IMG/VR virus record: IMGVR_UViG_3300025151_004231
Coordinates: 1-64,000 of that record
Length of the DNA stretch: 64,000 nucleotides
Source of the DNA: a virus
Reading direction: 5' to 3' (one strand)
Shown here: piece by piece, positions 54,814 to 63,729 of the stretch
Position numbering within the stretch: position 1 is the stretch's first letter
Layout of the letters: the number at the start of each line of letters is the position of its first letter
Made by a program: the position numbers and the translations under genes
The notes under the pieces: model-generated
The model's database searches: none
What the model was told of the DNA's origin: nothing
What the model saw: only the letters and a program-made list of their open reading frames with translations

Positions 54814-56721
54814 ATGAGTGATATACGAAACATACTAGATATGATACAGGAAAATGAGAAGGATGTCAAGCCTCATTTACCCGAATCTAATCCTGGAGAA
54901 ACGTCAGATTTCGTCAAAAATAATGCAAGATTTGCCGCTCACGCCGAAGAAACATTAGAAGCAATGGTCGATAAATTCGAGGTAGAAACTTTACCCGAAT
55001 TTTTACGTGACGAAGGTGTTGCAGTTCCAAATAGAGAAGTAGACGAAAATATCTCTGACAACAAATTACCAACTATCGACCAAGAAATGGATTCATATTT
55101 TGGATCTAAGCCAGGTGAATTAGAAGAAGACGAATTAAACGAGTATAAATGGCAACCACGTGCTGATGGTAGCACTAGAATAGAAGTTGCTAAAGTATAT
55201 CAATGTAATCAATGTGATGGAGACGGTACAGTAGTTGATGAAACTGAAGACGATGCCGAAGTTGTTACATGTAGACAATGTTTAGGTACAGGTCACGTTG
55301 ATGCTGAAGGTAATCCAGTAAGAATTGGATTTGGTCCTAGAGAAGATGAAGTCGTTACAGGTAGAGAAGAAGAATTAGAAACTGACGACACTATGTTTGA
55401 AGAACTAGGTAAAGATGGTAAAAAACCAGCAGTACCTTACAGCAAATCTACAGAAAAAGATTTAGCAGATAGAATGCTAAAAGCAACTCCCCCTAAGACA
55501 GACTCCAGAGATCATAATAAATCAGACGAAGGTGAATGGGCTAGAGAACTTAGACATATCAAACAGTTAGGTGGACAGACTGGAAAACATGTTGCTGATG
55601 CAGATAAAGAAGTCGATGAAGCAATTGATGCACCTACAAGAGTCATTAAAGATAAAGAATTAAACGACTACTTAGACAGAGTTCTATCAAAAGATAAGAA
55701 GAAAACTGACAAGTACAAGTTGCCTTATGTGCATAGATCAAACGTTAAGAACTATATTCCGATTGTAGATCCAGAAGGAAAACGATTTGATTTAGATAAG
55801 TTGGCCGCAGATATTACTGAAAGGCCTAAAACGTTACTTAAACAAAACGAAAAAATGCAACATAGTGACGGCACAACTAGTATCTTCTATAACATAGGTC
55901 TTCCTGCTTTAACAGGATTGGGTTATGATGAAGAAAAGAAAGAGTTTGTAATCATTAATACATGCCCGGGAGCAGGCGAATGTAAGACATTCTGCTATGC
56001 ATTAAAAGGTGGTTATGTACAATGGGCTCCAGTATCACTTAGTCAAACAAGAATTTTAAACTATTTGTATAATGATCCAAGTGGTTTCTTTGATCAATTA
56101 AATGCAGAAATTGATGAACAAAAACGTAAAGGTGATGCTAAACAAGAAAAACATAAAGTTACTGTACGTTGGCATGATGCAGGAGACTTCTTTTCTGACG
56201 AATACTTAGATTTAGCATACAAACTAGCCGCTACACATCCTACTGTAGACTTCTACGCATACACTAAAAGAGCAGATGTATCGGGTGCTACTCAAAATAG
56301 ACCGCCCAACTTTATGATTAACTTCTCAATGGGTGCTAGAAAAGCAGAAGAAAAACGTGTAGACTTCGGTATTACTAAACATTCGACTGTTGTACCAAAA
56401 GACTTGTTTGGTGATCTACTCAAAAAAGATGGAAACAGATTAGTAAAAGGTCCTGATGGTGAATGGCAATGGAACAGTCCTAAAGACTATGAAACATTCA
56501 AAGAACGTATGGCTGCCAAATATTCTATCGATCCTAAGTCAATCATCACTTATGATGAAATGATGAAAACACCATACGGTGGTGGTGGAGTAGGTGGCGG
56601 TGTAGCAGACGGAGATAGATCATTCAAAAGAGGAATTTATAACGTTATTGTCAAACCGGGAGACGGTGATGACTCAGCCAATCGTGCTGACGTTTTAGGT
56701 ACTTACTTGTTAATGCACTAA
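54814..56721 (+). CDS. multidomain late protein: acidic region, DnaJ-type Zn finger, Gp88-like (radical-SAM-related) domain
   Basis: CNQCDGDG...CRQCLGTG; TCPGAGECKTFCYA; RWHDAGDF; YAYTK. Confidence 0.65.
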   Translation: MSDIRNILDMIQENEKDVKPHLPESNPGETSDFVKNNARFAAHAEETLEAMVDKFEVETLPEFLRDEGVAVPNREVDENISDNKLPTIDQEMDSYFGSKPGELEEDELNEYKWQPRADGSTRIEVAKVYQCNQCDGDGTVVDETEDDAEVVTCRQCLGTGHVDAEGNPVRIGFGPREDEVVTGREEELETDDTMFEELGKDGKKPAVPYSKSTEKDLADRMLKATPPKTDSRDHNKSDEGEWARELRHIKQLGGQTGKHVADADKEVDEAIDAPTRVIKDKELNDYLDRVLSKDKKKTDKYKLPYVHRSNVKNYIPIVDPEGKRFDLDKLAADITERPKTLLKQNEKMQHSDGTTSIFYNIGLPALTGLGYDEEKKEFVIINTCPGAGECKTFCYALKGGYVQWAPVSLSQTRILNYLYNDPSGFFDQLNAEIDEQKRKGDAKQEKHKVTVRWHDAGDFFSDEYLDLAYKLAATHPTVDFYAYTKRADVSGATQNRPPNFMINFSMGARKAEEKRVDFGITKHSTVVPKDLFGDLLKKDGNRLVKGPDGEWQWNSPKDYETFKERMAAKYSIDPKSIITYDEMMKTPYGGGGVGGGVADGDRSFKRGIYNVIVKPGDGDDSANRADVLGTYLLMH

Positions 56722-57557
56722 TCCTTTACTACTTTAAGTAATTCTTCTAAACTGTACAATTCTTGCATATAATCTGACTTATCTTTCAACACAGTTTTAG
56801 GTAAGTCACCTTCTCTACGTGTTGAGTATACAACGTTAAAGTCTATATTATTGACTTGTTTAAATGTTTCGACCATTTCTTTAACACTGTGTCCTTTACC
56901 ATGACCTAAACATTCAATCTTGTTTGTTGGCCTTTCGATTGCTGTTTTAAGTCCTGCACAAACTTCATTAACGTGTATATAATCTCTTACGCATGTGCCG
57001 TCGGGTGTGTCATAATCATCACCGAATATAGTAAACTGTCCTTTACCTGGAGCCATTAGCAGATTTGCCATTAGTCCGTCTGGATTAGTCGGAGTAAATC
57101 CGTCGACCCCTGCTACATTGTAAAATCTAAAAATAGTAAAGTCTTTTTTGCTCTGCGTAGTACAATACTCAGTTATGACATCTTCTGCCGCTTTCTTAGA
57201 TGTGCCATATGGATCATAACAGAACTCAGCAACACCTGTCGATGCAAATATAAAGTTGTTAGTTTTGATCTTTGCCAATACATTCATCGTACCATTAAGG
57301 TTAGTGATGTAATATTGAATTGGTACTTGTTTACTCTCGTTAACTCTGACTCTAGCCGCTAAATGTATCACTGCATCAAATTCTTCTGGAAACTCTCCGA
57401 AAGGATGATTGATGTCATGTTGTATAAACTGATTCTCTTTAATCTCTGCTTTAGGAGGAAGTATATCTAGTCCCCATATATCGTAATCATGTTTTAAATA
57501 ATTAACTAAATGCGAACCTATGTAACCCGAACATCCTGTTATTAATACTTTTTTCAT
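56718..57557 (-). CDS. galE: UDP-glucose 4-epimerase-like NAD-dependent epimerase
   Basis: TGCSGYIGSH, YGTSK, RFYNVAG, DGTCVRDYIHV. Confidence 0.85.
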   Translation of the reverse strand: MKKVLITGCSGYIGSHLVNYLKHDYDIWGLDILPPKAEIKENQFIQHDINHPFGEFPEEFDAVIHLAARVRVNESKQVPIQYYITNLNGTMNVLAKIKTNNFIFASTGVAEFCYDPYGTSKKAAEDVITEYCTTQSKKDFTIFRFYNVAGVDGFTPTNPDGLMANLLMAPGKGQFTIFGDDYDTPDGTCVRDYIHVNEVCAGLKTAIERPTNKIECLGHGKGHSVKEMVETFKQVNNIDFNVVYSTRREGDLPKTVLKDKSDYMQELYSLEELLKVVKD

Positions 57558-57781
57558 AATTTTATTGCCAATAATGTTAGTATTGAAATTAACAATACGT
57601 TAGTAAGAAAGATGCCTATGGCTAATATTGTGTGATACCATATCCATCTAGTTTTATATGCGTTTTCAATCGTTATTTCATCAGGATCTACATCATCCTT
57701 CATCATGTCTATAACGACTGTTTCTTTTTTAATCTCTATTGGTTCTGGCTTCTTCCAGAATTTTGTAAACCATTCGCCCAT
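57554..57781 (-). CDS. small membrane protein
   Basis: C-terminal TM helix. Confidence 0.6.
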   Translation of the reverse strand: MGEWFTKFWKKPEPIEIKKETVVIDMMKDDVDPDEITIENAYKTRWIWYHTILAIGIFLTNVLLISILTLLAIKL

Positions 57782-59133
57782 TATAATCCTTCAAATAATT
57801 GTGCTGATTGTGTACTTGATACAGTTTCAGGTGGTTGAAAATACGGATCAGTTGTCAACCAAGTGTCAGTATCTGTGTAACATACTATAAACTTATGCCT
57901 ATTAGTCAATACACTTCGTACATCATCAATACATATTGTACTTCTGTTCAGACTACTAATGTAATCTGCGTGACTTGTTGTGGTATGCTGTAATATACCT
58001 GCAGTCGAATTATTAGACTTTTTGCTAACAAAACTGTTAAAACAGTTTATCCACTTCTGAGCAATCAGTTGTTCTTGTGTATTATAATGTTCTAATGCAC
58101 CTAACTTATAATAAGACTCTGCTGTAGGATATTCTTCATAAAGCACGGAGATAATATCTGCTACGTTACTTTTGTCTCCTACATAATAATACTTATCATC
58201 GAAATTCTTTAGCCAACGTTTTCCTTCATATGCCACAGTTGGCAACTGAATGTGTTGTTCTAAAAATGCAATACCATAACTCTCAACAGTGCTTGGATTG
58301 AATGCTACCCTTGCACCAGTAATAAAGTTAACCTTTTCTTGTCCTATAATACCTGACTTAATTTCATAGTCTACGCCTAACTCTTTTAATCGTGCTTCAA
58401 ACTTCTTAGCACCATTTGCGTTAGTCATAACTTTAGCAGGCAATTTAGTCTGCTCAATAACTTTCAAAAAGTCTTCAGGACCTTTTCCTTCTTCCCATCT
58501 ACCTATATAAAGTACACCTGTTCTTTCTTTGTGATGTTCTTCTAATAGACTAGGTTCGGGTAATGGTATAGGTAAATGTACTCCTTTAAGTGTACCAAGT
58601 ATCTGAGCATTAAACTCACTTTGCGTACCGATAGTTGTATTAGAGATTTGCATTTGTAATCTCATTGAATGATTCACGTTGTCTAAGAAAGGATTCTTTG
58701 TATTCTCAAATAACTGACTTTCTAAATGTGTGTAGTTGATAATCTGAATACAATCTTCTAATCCGATCTCAGACATTAAACGTGAAGTTTCGTAAGTATT
58801 ACAAACAATAGAATCATACAGATTAGACTCTAAGGCTTTGATCACTGAGTTTCTAAAGTTAATCATACGTTCTAAACAGTAACTATCGCCATACATGAAG
58901 ATACCTTGATGTTTAGAATAAGACAAAGGATTGTCTGTGTAGATAAATCTAGCACCGTCGTTCTGCAAAGTCTTAGTAAACTCTGTATGCTTGTCAAACT
59001 TGTCTGTAATGATATCAACCTTGATATTATTATCCTTCATTTGCTTTACGAAACTTAAAGCAAACTGTCCTATGCCCCCATGGGGAATAAGATGTTGATA
59101 TGACATTAAGAATGCTATGCGTTTATTGTACAT
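57781..59133 (-). CDS. GT-B glycosyltransferase (GT4-like)
   Basis: HGGIG, YIGRWEEGKG, PSTVESYGIAFLE; start moved to 59133. Confidence 0.85.
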   Translation of the reverse strand: MYNKRIAFLMSYQHLIPHGGIGQFALSFVKQMKDNNIKVDIITDKFDKHTEFTKTLQNDGARFIYTDNPLSYSKHQGIFMYGDSYCLERMINFRNSVIKALESNLYDSIVCNTYETSRLMSEIGLEDCIQIINYTHLESQLFENTKNPFLDNVNHSMRLQMQISNTTIGTQSEFNAQILGTLKGVHLPIPLPEPSLLEEHHKERTGVLYIGRWEEGKGPEDFLKVIEQTKLPAKVMTNANGAKKFEARLKELGVDYEIKSGIIGQEKVNFITGARVAFNPSTVESYGIAFLEQHIQLPTVAYEGKRWLKNFDDKYYYVGDKSNVADIISVLYEEYPTAESYYKLGALEHYNTQEQLIAQKWINCFNSFVSKKSNNSTAGILQHTTTSHADYISSLNRSTICIDDVRSVLTNRHKFIVCYTDTDTWLTTDPYFQPPETVSSTQSAQLFEGL

Positions 59134-59413
59134 TTCTCTCCCACAACCAAGCACCGGCACCAAGATACTTAACCTTTTTGCCACCTGCTTTTTCTGTGTA
59201 TTCGTCTTGTACGTCTACACCTATTCTGAAAAAGTCTCTGTCTGTTTTGCTAGGATTATCTGCAAGCCATAATTGCTTTGCATCTAGCATTAAGTAATAT
59301 CCATCATTAGCATTCATGTAACTATTATACTTCCTCTTAAAATCAATGTCAACATCTTTTATACCCAAAAAGGAAGGACCTTTCGATCCTTCGTGTTTTT
59401 CATTAATCATCAT
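59123..59413 (-). CDS. hypothetical protein
   Basis: ORF overlapping the glycosyltransferase start. Confidence 0.55.
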   Translation of the reverse strand: MMINEKHEGSKGPSFLGIKDVDIDFKRKYNSYMNANDGYYLMLDAKQLWLADNPSKTDRDFFRIGVDVQDEYTEKAGGKKVKYLGAGAWLWERNVQ

Positions 59414-59541
59414 ATATTGTTTAGTATTGTTCGGCCCATATTTTTTATTCTAAATGTCCTGTACTCGGCTGGGAATTCCCGTCAGGTGTGTAGTCACCAT
59501 GTCACTTAGTCTCCTCTAAATCAATCGTTACAGTAATTATA

Positions 59542-60078
59542 TTACTTTTCACTATCTAATGTCAAGGGATTTTTAATTTTATTTTCCCAAATCTTTTTGA
59601 CAATAAAAGACATTACTACATTCTTTGTAAGATAGTATTTTTGTTTAGATTTGGATAGATGTTTAAAGTCTCCTATTGTCTTTCTGCATGTTTTGTCTTC
59701 ACAATTACACATCATCATAAATTCAGAGCCGTCTTCTTCAAAATCTTCACTGATCGTAGTAGAATAATCGTAGAAGATTTCTTCTCCTTCTTCGATATCT
59801 CTCAATGCTACTATGTAAACATCACTGCGTATTCCGCAATTCGGATTGCAATGATGATTGATTAGTAGTCCAGGTTCTTCTAAGTCTACATATACCTCAT
59901 CGGCTATTTGCAATGGGTTACATTGCTTGTCGCCTTTGAGATATACATCTTGTAGTGATATAACAGGTCCAGTAAGATTTAATATTACTTCGCCTTCGGA
60001 GATTGCTTGAGTAGCAAAAACTCCTTTACCAAACTTCGATTCGTCTATACGATACTGTTCGGTTCTTTCGTTGTCCAA
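59542..60078 (-). CDS. SET-domain lysine methyltransferase with post-SET cysteines
   Basis: GKGVFA, INHHCNPN, EEIFYDY, CNC....CR. Confidence 0.9.
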   Translation of the reverse strand: MDNERTEQYRIDESKFGKGVFATQAISEGEVILNLTGPVISLQDVYLKGDKQCNPLQIADEVYVDLEEPGLLINHHCNPNCGIRSDVYIVALRDIEEGEEIFYDYSTTISEDFEEDGSEFMMMCNCEDKTCRKTIGDFKHLSKSKQKYYLTKNVVMSFIVKKIWENKIKNPLTLDSEK

Positions 60079-60266
60079 ACTATTTTAACTCCTCTACGAT
60101 CAAGTTCATTTCTGCATTTTTGCTTGATTTTAGGCCTACCATTACTGCTATTGATATAATCAATAAGTTCTTGTTTAGGAGTATTTTTAATATAGTAGTG
60201 AGTTGTAGTTACTACTTTAGTACCTCTTTGTACTGTTTTTTGTGATGGTTTAAATTTAATTGGCAT
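60045..60266 (-). CDS. small basic hypothetical protein
   Basis: PKIKQKCRNEL.RRG. Confidence 0.65.
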   Translation of the reverse strand: MPIKFKPSQKTVQRGTKVVTTTHYYIKNTPKQELIDYINSSNGRPKIKQKCRNELDRRGVKIVWTTKEPNSIV

Positions 60267-60433
60267 TATCCTTGACCTCTATTAATAGACATTGAACGTT
60301 TCTTTGCCTTATTCATTGTACTCATCGCAATCTTTACTCTGCGACCCCTTCCACCAACACCCGTTGATGTGCATTTTTTACCTGAACCGTTAATTAACGA
60401 CTTGTGTTTTATTTTTCTACTTGCTTTAGCCAT
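60266..60433 (-). CDS. very basic 55-aa peptide ending RGQG
   Basis: AAGGAA SD, TATAAATA upstream; read manually. Confidence 0.65.
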   Translation of the reverse strand: MAKASRKIKHKSLINGSGKKCTSTGVGGRGRRVKIAMSTMNKAKKRSMSINRGQG

Positions 60434-60476
60434 TGTTCCTTTTAGTTTGTATATTTATAATTAAATATGGGTTGTA

Positions 60477-60968
60477 TTAAATTTCTACTGTGGTAGTAGG
60501 TTCTTCTATTTGAAGTAATCCAGAAGGGGGATTGTTATGTCCCATCATACTATCACTACTTCCAATAAATTCTTCTCGTTTCTCGTCCCAGTTTTTAAGG
60601 GCGTCTTTAATACTTGCTTCGGCTAATACACTACAATGCAATTTAATAGGGGGCAATTCTAATGCGGCGGCTATGTCTCTGTCTTTAATTTCTTGTGCTT
60701 CTTCGACTGTCTTTCCCATTAGCATTTCAACAAACATAGTTGAACTTGCTATTGCTGAACCACAGCCATAAGTTTTAAACTTTACATCGATGATCTTTTC
60801 ATTCTCATCTAGTTTGAGTTGCAATTTCATTACATCTCCACATGCAGGTGCCCCTGTCATTCCAGTTGCTACATCAGGATCGTTTGGATCAAATCTTCCT
60901 ACTGCATGTTTTTGAGGATTGTTAAGGACATCCTCGAACCTTTTTACTACTTTATCTGAATATGCCAT
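60477..60968 (-). CDS. iscU: Fe-S cluster scaffold IscU
   Basis: MAYS.KV, GAPACGDVM, KTYGCGSAIASS, LPPIKLHCSVLA. Confidence 0.95.
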   Translation of the reverse strand: MAYSDKVVKRFEDVLNNPQKHAVGRFDPNDPDVATGMTGAPACGDVMKLQLKLDENEKIIDVKFKTYGCGSAIASSTMFVEMLMGKTVEEAQEIKDRDIAAALELPPIKLHCSVLAEASIKDALKNWDEKREEFIGSSDSMMGHNNPPSGLLQIEEPTTTVEI

Positions 60969-60974
60969 ACTACT

Positions 60975-61169
60975 TTAAAAATGTTTGCGAATTGTTTCTA
61001 TCTTCTCCTCTGCGTTTGCTATTGCTTCAATCTGTGATTCAACTGCTTGGACAACATCAGGATGCTCTCCGATACCAGCAGGGTTATTAATGTAAACTTC
61101 AATATTGGCTTTTGCCATTGCAATCTCGCCTTCAAGTTTTTTAATTAATGCTTCTAATAGATAATTCAT
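60975..61169 (-). CDS. conserved small phage protein
   Basis: NIEVY..NPAGIGEHPD. Confidence 0.7.
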   Translation of the reverse strand: MNYLLEALIKKLEGEIAMAKANIEVYINNPAGIGEHPDVVQAVESQIEAIANAEEKIETIRKHF

Positions 61170-61240
61170 TGTTGTTTCCTTAGGGTTTATACATCAGTAT
61201 TTATCACGTAATTCATTGATTTGCAAGAAATTAATGATTC

Positions 61241-62125
61241 TCATTTGCCTATTGCATTACCATAGATATGTACATGGACTCTGCTTGTATAATAATAACC
61301 TCGTCTGATTGCTTCATCTGCAATACTTGCTTCAGTTTGTACTAAGCCTTCAAACGTTCCACCTACACCCATAATCCATACAGGATAATTACACCCTGCT
61401 TCTCTGAATAGTTTAGTGTTTTCTTCTACTTCACGCCAACTCTCGTCTGTGCCATTGACAACATACTTTAGTTGACCTACAGGACTAACTTCAGCATATC
61501 TACCTACTACTTCAGGTTTGATTGCTTTCTTAGATTGTTCACCTGCTGTTGACCATAGTTTAGGACTGATCGACCAATACCACTCTTTTTCATTCCAAGT
61601 ATATTCTCGTTTTATCCATTCAGCAAATTCATCTGTAATCGGCTTAGTCCCATTTGTTTCTACAGTTACATTTGAAGGTTGATTATTTCTGCGTTTAAAT
61701 TCTTCTATAACTTCAATCATGCCGGGCTGTGTGTTTTTCAACATCGGCTCGCCGCCTGTAAACACCATGTGTATTTCTTGTTGTGTTTGTGGGTGTATAA
61801 ACTTACCATGCGGTAGAAGTGCTGTAAGTTCGTCTACTGCTTCTGTCACAGTCTTATCTGTGATAAGATGTTTAAACTTCTTACTCCATGTGTATGAACT
61901 GTCACAACCTTTATCAAATACAGGAAGATCAAATACACTATCGATATTTGTAAGGTCAATCTTTTCATAAGGCAAGTCGTATGTACTAGGATCAGTTGGA
62001 TCCTTCTGACCAAAGCCATTACATTGTAAATTACATAAAAAGAAACGCATCCATAATGACGGGATGCCTACGTATTGACCTTCACCTTGTGCTGAAAAGA
62101 ATGTTTCACTATACTTTAGTGTCAT
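61241..62125 (-). CDS. queE: 7-carboxy-7-deazaguanine synthase (radical SAM)
   Basis: E.FFS.QGEG..VG, CNLQC...GCDS, TGGEP, ETNGT, SPKL, R.H..I.GN. Confidence 0.88.
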   Translation of the reverse strand: MTLKYSETFFSAQGEGQYVGIPSLWMRFFLCNLQCNGFGQKDPTDPSTYDLPYEKIDLTNIDSVFDLPVFDKGCDSSYTWSKKFKHLITDKTVTEAVDELTALLPHGKFIHPQTQQEIHMVFTGGEPMLKNTQPGMIEVIEEFKRRNNQPSNVTVETNGTKPITDEFAEWIKREYTWNEKEWYWSISPKLWSTAGEQSKKAIKPEVVGRYAEVSPVGQLKYVVNGTDESWREVEENTKLFREAGCNYPVWIMGVGGTFEGLVQTEASIADEAIRRGYYYTSRVHVHIYGNAIGK

Positions 62126-62273
62126 CTACGTCCTCAATAGGGTTATCATAATAGTCATGTGTACCTGCTCTATACCTTGCTTTCTTTTCTGATACCATTA
62201 CACTACTCATGTAGGCAAAGTAGCCTGCAATTACTGTAACTAAAAGTGCAATCATAAAATTTAGTATTTCCAT
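62109..62273 (-). CDS. small membrane protein (54 aa)
   Basis: read manually; N-terminal TM helix; promoter TTGACT-17-TATAAT at 62280-62308. Confidence 0.5.
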   Translation of the reverse strand: MEILNFMIALLVTVIAGYFAYMSSVMVSEKKARYRAGTHDYYDNPIEDVDDTKV

Positions 62274-62310
62274 TATCATATTATATCACCTATTGATAGT
62301 AAAGTCAACA

Positions 62311-62868
62311 CTAATCTAACCACCAACTTTCCCAGGGAAAGTCTAGCCAAAGATCGGGTGTTTCTAATCGATTAATCGATTCATATTGATAGTCAACTCC
62401 ATCGAATTGACTTGCTTCATTGTTTACGAGTACAGCAAACTTAATGTTTTGCTTCCAAACAACGTCCCATGTATTTCTTTCTTGAGGAAAACAAGATTGT
62501 TCCCAATCTTCTTTGATCCAATTAAGAGTTGCACCAGAATCATTGATGTCTTCTACAATGAGAATATTTTTACGTTTAGTTGCGTCCCATCTGTTTTTAA
62601 ATACTGGAACATCATCTGGATTGACTACGCCAAATGCTTCACAAGGCATCCATAGATTACTCTCTGGTCCTCCTTGAACATTATCACGTAATGATATGTC
62701 TAAAGTATGCATGGGAACTTTAAGATAATGTGATATCATCTTAGCAGGCAGTAAACCACCTCTTGTTATTCCAACTACGTAGTCAGGTCTAAAATTATCT
62801 AAGTGCATCTGCCTTAGGATTTCTTGTACGGCGTTCTTTACGTCACCGATACTAAGCCGTTTGTTCAT
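62311..62868 (-). CDS. type I phosphoribosyltransferase (xanthine/guanine-PRT-like)
   Basis: GITRGGLLPA, LIVEDINDSGAT, FPWE. Confidence 0.85.
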   Translation of the reverse strand: MNKRLSIGDVKNAVQEILRQMHLDNFRPDYVVGITRGGLLPAKMISHYLKVPMHTLDISLRDNVQGGPESNLWMPCEAFGVVNPDDVPVFKNRWDATKRKNILIVEDINDSGATLNWIKEDWEQSCFPQERNTWDVVWKQNIKFAVLVNNEASQFDGVDYQYESINRLETPDLWLDFPWESWWLD

Positions 62869-63022
62869 TTGCTTCCTTTATAACGCCATTGGTCCAATTT
62901 TTAGCACAGTCTTCTGCATAAAACTTTGACTTGCCAGGAAGGTACCTTCTTTCCTTTACTACGCCATCTTCGATAAGTTCAACTACGTAAACTTCTTCAG
63001 TGACTACTTTTGATTCTCTCAT
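62852..63022 (-). CDS. hypothetical protein
   Basis: AAGGGAGA SD; YAEDCAKNW. Confidence 0.6.
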   Translation of the reverse strand: MRESKVVTEEVYVVELIEDGVVKERRYLPGKSKFYAEDCAKNWTNGVIKEANEQTA

Positions 63023-63204
63023 ATTTTCTCCCTTATTACTGGTCTTTGACAAGGCTCTAGTTCGCCTGCCAATGTTTCATGTGGTATATAATCAGTATCA
63101 GCAATAATCTGCTTTAACTTTTTATTAAATTTGCTACCATCATTTAAGAGTTCGTTACTATAAGGAACCTCTACTGTGATTGTTGCTCTTATTAATTTAT
63201 CCAC
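63019..63204 (-). CDS. hypothetical protein
   Basis: ORF in operon. Confidence 0.5.
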   Translation of the reverse strand: MDKLIRATITVEVPYSNELLNDGSKFNKKLKQIIADTDYIPHETLAGELEPCQRPVIREKI

Positions 63205-63550
63205 TAATCTTTTTGTTAATTGCTTTTAGAATCTTATCTGCGTGTTTGTTACCGTCAAGTTCTTTTTCATCTACATGACCATCACCGTCTACGTCATAAT
63301 TGACTTTAGCCCAGTTACCATACGCAATAGTTATACATCTTTCACGTTCGGCTTGATCTTTCTCAAATGAATAATCACTGATAAGTTGTTGCATTTTATG
63401 TGCAACTACTTCATCCTTTTTACAAATCTTCAATAATTCATCAAAAGGAAAAGTATCTAAAGTTAATTTTTTAGATTTTTTAGCAACAGTTTTTTTAGCA
63501 ACCGGCTTTTTAGCAGGTGCTTTCTTTTTTGTTGTTTTTTTCTCTGCCAT
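63197..63550 (-). CDS. protein with H1-like Lys-rich N-terminus and EF-hand-like loop
   Basis: KKKAPAKKPVAKKTVAKK; DVDGDGHVDEKE. Confidence 0.65.
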   Translation of the reverse strand: MAEKKTTKKKAPAKKPVAKKTVAKKSKKLTLDTFPFDELLKICKKDEVVAHKMQQLISDYSFEKDQAERERCITIAYGNWAKVNYDVDGDGHVDEKELDGNKHADKILKAINKKISG

Positions 63551-63585
63551 TTTTCTTCTCCTATAATATGCTACTATTATATTTA

Positions 63586-63729
63586 TTAGTTAAAAAGCAA
63601 GGCCATCAAAATTAAAAAGAATGATAAGCCTATTATAATAACTGAAAATTTAAATACTGCTTCAAGTATCTCTGGAAAGAACTTGATAACAAGATATGCT
63701 ATAGTAAAAAAGCCTATAATTTCTAACAT
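63586..63729 (-). CDS. small hydrophobic protein (47 aa)
   Basis: two TM segments, TAATG overlap; read manually. Confidence 0.5.
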   Translation of the reverse strand: MLEIIGFFTIAYLVIKFFPEILEAVFKFSVIIIGLSFFLILMALLFN

